From assembly GCA_907165135.1 (NCBI GenBank), contig OU015567.1, forward strand, positions 930,001-994,000: a stretch of 64,000 nucleotides of DNA, read 5' to 3'. Positions 57,044 to 64,000 of this stretch are shown here, piece by piece. A program made the position numbers and the translations under genes. Positions within the stretch are counted from its first letter, which is position 1, and every line of letters starts with the position of its first letter. The notes under the pieces are model-generated. The model did not search any database, was not told the origin of the DNA, and worked only from the letters and a program-made list of their open reading frames with translations. Origin of the DNA: Oikopleura dioica. Taxonomy: Eukaryota; Animalia; Chordata.

Positions 57044-60000
57044 ATGATAATAAGATATCAGAGAGGTACTCAACGAAAAATCTCGAATTCTTTGAAAAAG
57101 TCTTTTTTTAAGTATTCATCTTCTTATCTGCATGCGACGCATGGCAACTGAGTTCGACAGAACCCATAGTCTACAATGTTGGTAACCCTCGAATCGAATG
57201 TAGAGAAGGCGATGATTTCACCGGAACTTGTGAAGATTTGCAAGTTTGTATTGACCAAGGACTCTGTGATCACGGACAAGATCCATGGGAGAGCGCGATT
57301 TGTGCAAGCTACAATGAAGAATTGAGGTGTTTTTATCAAACTGACTTAAGATGGACTTGGGGATGGGATCCAAATATTCATCAAATAATATGCGATAAAG
57401 GTTTATTTGAAAAAAAAAAAATCCCCTCAAACGCGGTTTTTCTGAAATTCGCATTTAAGGGTACTACCTTCGATTTCCCCAATTTTAGCCTTGAATAACC
57501 CTTAACATGGTATCGATAGCGGGTATCATATGGCCTCTAAAAGTTTAACTATCTTAGATCTTTAATCTGTCAGAGGCGTTTTCGAATAGCTCGATGAAAA
57601 GTCGGCGAATTTCTAGCTTAAAAATATCATTGTTGCAAAAATAGACTGAATAAACGGCGAAATAGCTCGAAAAGTAGCTTGATAACTCAGCCTTATTTTA
57701 TTTTTTATGTGTTAATTGAACCCTCATCTTAAAAATGACAGAAGGTTTTTTTGATTGAAAAAGGGAAAATACCAAAAATTTTTTTTTGAAAATTGTGTCT
57801 CTATGATTTTGCTAAAATTCAGCATTTTTCAAAATTTGCGGACGCATTTTTGTCTCTAGAAGCTAAAATATCTAAGTTCAAGAATTAATGAAGTCACCAT
57901 AATCCGCATCTTGTTCTGAGCTTCAAAACGAGCCCTTATTTGGAAGAATCGGACACCAAAAATTTTTTCGGAAAAAATACTTTCTAGTACAGAAATCAAT
58001 TAAAACTCTAATTATTATGAAAACGCTTGACGTTATGAATGAAACGTTCGGTCCTTTTTTGGTCAAAATTTTATGAGGAATTCATTTCCGATGAAAAATT
58101 TAACATAACCGGTCATTGGGGTAATTGACGGTAGTACTCTTAAGGACCCCCAGTAGTTTAGACGACGAGGAAGAACTTTTATTCAGAAAATTTTTTTGCT
58201 CTTATAGAAAATTTTGTCAGAAATTGGCTCCGAAATTTGAAAATTTGCGTTTTAATTTTCATAAGAATCTTGAGTTCGCTATTTTTAGTGATAATTAAGG
58301 GTATACCCATCATAAAAACTATTTAATAATAAAAAAGAGTACAAAAAATAATTCGGGGCAAGTTAGGGAATAAAAACTGCAAATTGAAATCTGGAAATTT
58401 GCCTAAAACTCGACTGAATTTTAAAGAGGCTTTCCTCCTTAAGTTTGTTGGCCAAAAACTCTCAAAACGGGAACGGTCGTAGCTTAGGGCCTTAACTTTA
58501 TCCTGAAAAAAATTAAGGGTATACCCCAATTAAAAACACGAAAAAAACCTTCACTAAGCAACCTTACCTTTAACAGCCTGTATATCCTTACGTTTGATAT
58601 CGAGATATCACCATAAGGGGAACGGTTGCAGGCGAGGGTTTGATCTAAAGCTTGCAATTGAAATTAAGGGTTTACCTAAGATAGTTTTCGAGACAATCGT
58701 TCACTAAAGAGACCTATTTTCATTCTAGTGTTTTCCTCTTTCTTGCTCTTGTTTTTCTTCCATGCGCGCTTTTTTGGGTCCAACCAATCAGAGCGCTCTT
58801 TCAAACGCGCAGTTTCTCTCGGGAAAGAGGAGTCGAGAGATTGAGCACCCAGCGCAGCGCTTTTTTCACTATCCACGCGCCGAGGAAGCCTCACGGAAAT
58901 GGCTCTTAAATCGGTTTTTGTCGGAATTAGAGAAAACCGAACCCACAATTTTGTAGATAAGGGTCTAGATTACTTTTCTATCAAAAAAACTCGACCGATT
59001 TAATGTAAAAATTTCGAGAAATCGCGATCGTCAGATTTCAAAACTCTTTACAGAGAAAAATTGAAATGAAAATTTTTAGATAGGATTGCTTTTAAAATAA
59101 AATGATCCGACGTCGCATTTGGGCGCTATGAAAGTTCAATTTCATAGGCTAAATCCTTAAAAAGAAAATTTTAGGATGTTCTACTTATCATAAAAAGCTT
59201 AAGCTGCGCTTGAATTGCAATATAGCAATAACCTTACAATTTCGATTCAAATCATAAAAATCAATATAAGAGACGAAAGTTATTTCAACGTGAAGTTGGC
59301 GATTCCGGGGAAGGATCCCTTTTGTTATTTTCTCACGGAAAATTCCGATAAAAGACAGCGTATTTTAGGGCTTAAAACGAGTTGGCAAATCGACGATAAC
59401 AATTTCTTTACTAAAATTATATGTGAAGGCATCGATGAGTGCTCACCAAATCCGTGCGGTGAAAATTCATATTGTTATGATTTTTATGTCGGATATGAAT
59501 GCGAATGTGATTATGGATTCAAATATGATGAAATCGAAGAAAAATGTGTTGATATTAACGAGTGTGAAATTGGGGATTTTGATTGTGGCTTATTTCAAAA
59601 TTGCATAAATACAGATGGATTTTACGAGTGTGAATGCATGGAAGAATATATATGCTTTTGTGATTCGGTATTTTCTTTAATTTTTCTGATTCGAGAAAAA
59701 ATTCAGAAACAGGAAATTGATGATGAACATAGCGATTGCGAGGGAAAACCATTTCCAGAAGTAGTTTGTTATGATAACCACCCGAAAAATACCAATAATG
59801 TTACATGCTTGGATATAAATTATTGCTTTGATCATGGTTCTTGTCATGAAATGAATAGAACTGTGGCTGAAACTTCTGCAATTTGTGCTCATACTAATGA
59901 CAACTTCCTCTGTATCGGGCCTTTAGAATGTGAAAAAGGTAATTGAGGCTATTCTTATTAATTGGAAAAATATGTAATTTTTCAACAAAGTTGATTATGA

Positions 60001-60370
60001 AACTATCCTTTATTCAGGCTTTCTTCCAGCGGTTCATTTTGAAGGCTCGAATGCCATCAGCAGTTGCCTCAACATTGATGAATGTGCTTATAACTTAGAC
60101 GATTGTGGAGGAGGCTCAAAATGCGTTGACACTGATGGAAGCTTTGAGTGTGAATGTAGCGGGAAACCATCACTTCCGTCTGATTATTCTGACCAAGATG
60201 CCTGGGATATATTCGAGCAAGAATTCCTCTACGATTCTTTATATCCGCAAAGATACAATCAAACAACGAAGACTTGTCAGGAATACGATCACTGTGCATC
60301 GTCGCCATGCACGAACGGTATTTGTTCAAACACGGGTTCAAAGACGGAGCCATATTTTGAGTGTTCATGA
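57044..60370 (+). CDS. Secreted calcium-binding EGF-repeat protein
   Basis: GIDECSPNPCGENSYC, DINECEIGDFDCG..CINTDGFYECEC, NIDECAYNLDDCGGGSKCVDTDGSFECEC, DHCASSPCTNGIC. A ~2-kb repeat-filled intron lies at 57401-~59368. Confidence 0.8.
57459..57501. mobile_element. 43-bp TTAA-bounded remnant of one end of the 10224-11291 family
   Basis: GGGTACTACCTTCGATTTCCCCAATTTTAGCCTTGAATA matches the reverse complement of the 11291 end; TTAA on both sides. Confidence 0.65.
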
Positions 60371-61001
60371 TGAAATTCAATAAATTAGATTTGTAACTCC
60401 CTTTTGCTCTTGTCTTTCATTTTAATTTTATTAAGGGTATAGTAATCGCACTTGGTCATTTGACGCTTGAATTCCTCAGTGACTAATAAAGCTAGAGTTT
60501 CCTGTGATGACTCGGAATTACTTTCAGGGAACATTAAGAAAAATAACAAGAGCTTTTATCGAATTACCCACAAGAACTGATAGTCATAGTGCAAATGAGG
60601 ATCCTTGAAAGTCACGAAATTTCGCGTTTTCGGCCGAGTTGCCAAATTTGACGGGCTAGAAAAAATATTTCTACTTTGAATTTCGAAAAAAGCTCTTGTA
60701 AATAGTAAGAACTAGGACGGATCTTAAACATAAGCATAATGCCATATTACATACATAGCGATTTTAGTATCTGCATAAAATGAAATCCTCCCACACATAC
60801 GAATAGAACATGATCCGGAATTGGATAGGTTAAAAGCCGGTCACTTGGATCAAATTATATTTGAAAAAAAGATAGTGCACCGATCGGACGTCATTGGAGC
60901 AATGGTGCTCTCGACGCCTTCTGACACTTGAAAAATTATATTTGCTCATACATACTATTAAATATAATATTTCACGAAGTGAACTTATTTTTATTCAAGA
61001 T

Positions 61002-63749
61002 TTATGAGATTAATGGGAATTTATAAATTAGGGTGATGAATTTAATTTTGTCTAGTTTTTGGTAAAAATAAAAAAGTCTAGGGAGAGTTTCAATCAAACT
61101 TCGGCAGTTGCGATTGGTTTCTTCGTTCACGATTCGTTCTGGATTTGTTGGCGATATTTCGTCACTAGAACTCGTCAAGGTGTTCGATGAGTAACACGGA
61201 AACGTACCTGAATCGGGGGTTCGACAGAGCGCAAATTTGATTTCCGTCAATAATCTTGCACAAGTAAGTTTCAAGTCGGCCACTGCGCCTGGTTCTCCTA
61301 CCCCAAATTTTTCTCCCTGAAATTGATCATGAAAAATCATCAATATTTTCCTTGACGGACCTGTTCAACTGTGTCTGGAAGAACCTTATCGAGAGTTTCC
61401 TCCAATAAAAGCGTCAAGAAAGCACCGGTCAATCCCAAAACACCAAAAATGATGTAGGGCAAGGAAGGGTTGACAACAGCGAGGAGGGCGACTATCGGCG
61501 CGCAGATTCCACCAATTCGAGCGACTGATGAGCAGAGGCCAATTCCAGTGTTTCTAATTAAAAAGGGTTAAAATCCAAAAAAAGTAAAAAACGAGTGATT
61601 ACCTGAGAGCAGTAGGGAAAAGCTCAGCTGAGTAAACGTAGATCCCACCATAAGCGCCTTTAATTATTTGATTCATTATCAGACATGCAGAAAGAGATTA
61701 ACAAAACTAGAAATTCTTCAATTAATGCAACCTTGAAAGATGATGAAAATTACATTTCCAAATTCTTTCATATAAAAAATTCTTGTGCTGCGAATTTTTA
61801 AACTTAGTTATGGTTTCTTGAAAATAAACTTTTTACCTGTGAGAGCAAATTTTCCCGCTAGTGGGAGAACAATCGACATTTGTCTGTGAAAATCATCTTG
61901 TTCTGGGTGAATAAACATCATTGCAAGGCAAGAGACTCCACCGAGAATGTCAAAGAAGAACATCGACCTTAGTTTTGTCAACTTGTACTCAATATGTTTT
62001 TCCTCCTTACCATCTTCTGCCAACGGTGACAAACAAAAAGCCAGCAAGAAGTTCCGCCGGGACTTCAAGCATTCCCGAAATTGCCAAGTTTACAAATGGA
62101 TTGCCCCCAAGAGTAGTTGCCCCCATCGAAAGACCGTAGTAAACTCCAGAAAGCATAAACCACTGGTAGAAGAGATTGAGGGTCCTCATTCGGATTCGAG
62201 GCGTCGCGAAAAAGTCAGAAAGCGACGATTCAACAACAGCTTCTTTTTCGGCGGATTGAGTCAGGCCGTATTTTTCAAGACCGCCAAATGTCTGAAAGAA
62301 AATAAATTTTACGATTCATTGGTGGTAAATTTACTCTTCCGTTGATCTTCGCTATAATTTCTAGCGCCGCATTTGCCTCGGCAATTCTTCCTTGTGAGAT
62401 GAGCCATCGTGCCGATTCTTGAAAAATCTTCGGGATGAAAAAGCCGATCGCAGCCGGAAGCGACATAATCACAGCCAACACTCGCCAGGTCGGAAACCAG
62501 TAGGCCAAAAGCGCCATGATTGCCTGCCCAACGCCGAAGAGCGCTTGGGCCACCTGCAATGCCATAACACGGGTCTAAGGAGAAGTGTTAAGAATCGACA
62601 GTGTCAGCAGGATCTGCAAAGTGATTAGCAATTTAAGCGCTTAGCGATTTCAAATTCCTTAACAGCGCGCTAGAAAACGAGTTTCTTTGATGGAGAAAAT
62701 TTGTACCTTTGGTTCAAAAATTTCTGAAGTCATGACAAAAGCTGACGAAATCGCACCGATCGATCCAGCACCACTGAACATTCGCCCTTTGACAAATTTT
62801 GAGTCATCTTGTCTTATTTTATTCTTACCAAGAAGAAGAAGATAGAAGCCAGTTTCGGATTTTGGGACAAATGCGCAGCTGACGAGGCCGAAAAAGGCAG
62901 TGATAAGGGAGACCGTGACAGTTCGCATTCGGCCCGAATTGTCGGACATTTTGCCAAAGACGACGGCGCCGAAGAAGACTCCGATCATGACGAAGATTTG
63001 GATGATTTGGATCTACAAATCATATTGAATGAGAGAAATGAGCCTAAGGCCGATAACTATGGAATCTTTTCTACTAGGTGAAAGTTAATCTTCAGACTAT
63101 GAAGACTCTGAAGTTCAGAGTAGGAATCCCGAGCAAAAACGGGTTTTCAAAAACTTGAAAATATTTTATGGTATTTCATTCGCATTCTTAATTTACCTTC
63201 CATGCGTCTTCACAAACAAGACCGAAGTCGGTAACAATCGTTTTTTGGTAATAAGTCTGGTTGAAAGTCCATTTCGAGCAGGCGGTGTAACGGTGATAGT
63301 CAGAAATATTCGTTCTCGTGAATTCTAGCGTCGCAATTTTTATTAAATGTTAATTCGATTTAATTACCGGAAGAAGAAAGAGGTGTTTGGTAGTCGAAAA
63401 AATCTGGAATAAATGATTCGATAATCTGCGGCGAGCTCCACATTTTACTCTCCGAAACATATTCAGACGAGTCGTTCGAATTTGCGATGGTTTGGAACAT
63501 CTCGCAAACGGCTGATCTCAAGTTCAAATACAAAATCTAAATCGCCGCGCTTCATTCTTTTTGAACTCTTTCTTGGCTTCGTTTTCCATTTCTCCAATTG
63601 TCAGTGTACGAGTTGTAGTTCACCTGCCTGCATTCTTTCGCCGAAGTGGCGTTGTTGAAGACGAAGAGTCTTCGGAGAGCTTGAAAGCTGACGTCGTCGA
63701 GGTTTTTGTGCGCTTCGGCGGTCAAGGAATGATTGTTCAGGGCGCATTG
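61002..63749 (-). CDS. SLC22-family organic cation/anion transporter (MFS); 5' end lies toward or beyond the window edge
   Basis: TIVTDFGLVCED, GAVVFGKMSDNSGR, ESARWL, YYGLS, GNPFVN, GRR, YVYSAELFPTALR, ARIGGICAP, ETLDKVLPDT. Confidence 0.9.
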
Positions 63750-63835
63750 CTATAATTGAAAAGAGAATTAATGTTGTTTTTTCAACGAATAATCGACAAA
63801 AAATAATCGCAATTATTAATGAATCATCATTTTTT

Positions 63836-63993
63836 GGGGAGATGTCCGGAACCAACAAAAAATTTCGACAAATTTTGCGTGGAAATTTTCAACCAATCAG
63901 AAGCCTAGATTCAGAAAACCGGCCAATCAGCAGCCGAGTAGCTGCCCACGCAAATTTTGTCGAAATGTTTTTGTCGGTTCCAGACACCATCCC
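63836..63993. mobile_element. ~160-bp MITE upstream of the SLC22 exon acceptor at 63750
   Basis: Family TIRs; flank CATTTTTT repeated (7 nt visible before the window end). Confidence 0.85.
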
Positions 63994-64000
63994 CATTTTT

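Noticed and set aside
1-64000. Autonomous DNA transposase, tRNA or rRNA genes
   Set aside because: No DDE-transposase-like ORF or structured RNA gene was recognisable by eye; a covariance-model scan would be needed to exclude small RNAs.

Overview
Compact, intron-dense, AT-rich animal DNA. By inference it is an appendicularian tunicate of the Oikopleura type, based on many 36-47 bp introns, probable GA-AG introns, a Tor-like Ty3/gypsy element and a PLA2-like secreted protein. No rRNA, tRNA or CRISPR array was found. The first 5 kb is the 5' half of a minus-strand LTR retrotransposon (LTR, PBS, long leader, gag, protease-RT part of pol). About 15 spliced host genes follow: GCH1, a carbonyl-reductase-like SDR, an orphan 7TM receptor, a DUF4286 protein, NCS-1, a C1q/collagen protein, two WSCD-type sulfotransferases (one frameshifted), a very large coiled-coil gene, a C2H2 zinc-finger gene, a PLA2-like protein, a dead trypsin-fold protein with a large insertion, an EGF-Ca repeat protein and an SLC22 transporter. 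About 25 non-autonomous TIR elements are interspersed; no transposase ORF was seen. Main signal: six G-run-ended TIR elements from four families, each flanked by a 9-14 bp target duplication, sit inside otherwise intact reading frames of five genes. Each gene can only be translated if its element is spliced out, so this looks like an age series of transposon-born introns (an Introner-like system). A second signal is a dense set of TTAA-flanked, purine-ended (Kolobok-like) MITEs. All splice sites are inferred by eye and need transcript data. Exon-like stretches at about 9.8-11.6 kb (-), 14.8-15.6 kb (+) and 19.3-21.3 kb (-) could not be assembled into genes.
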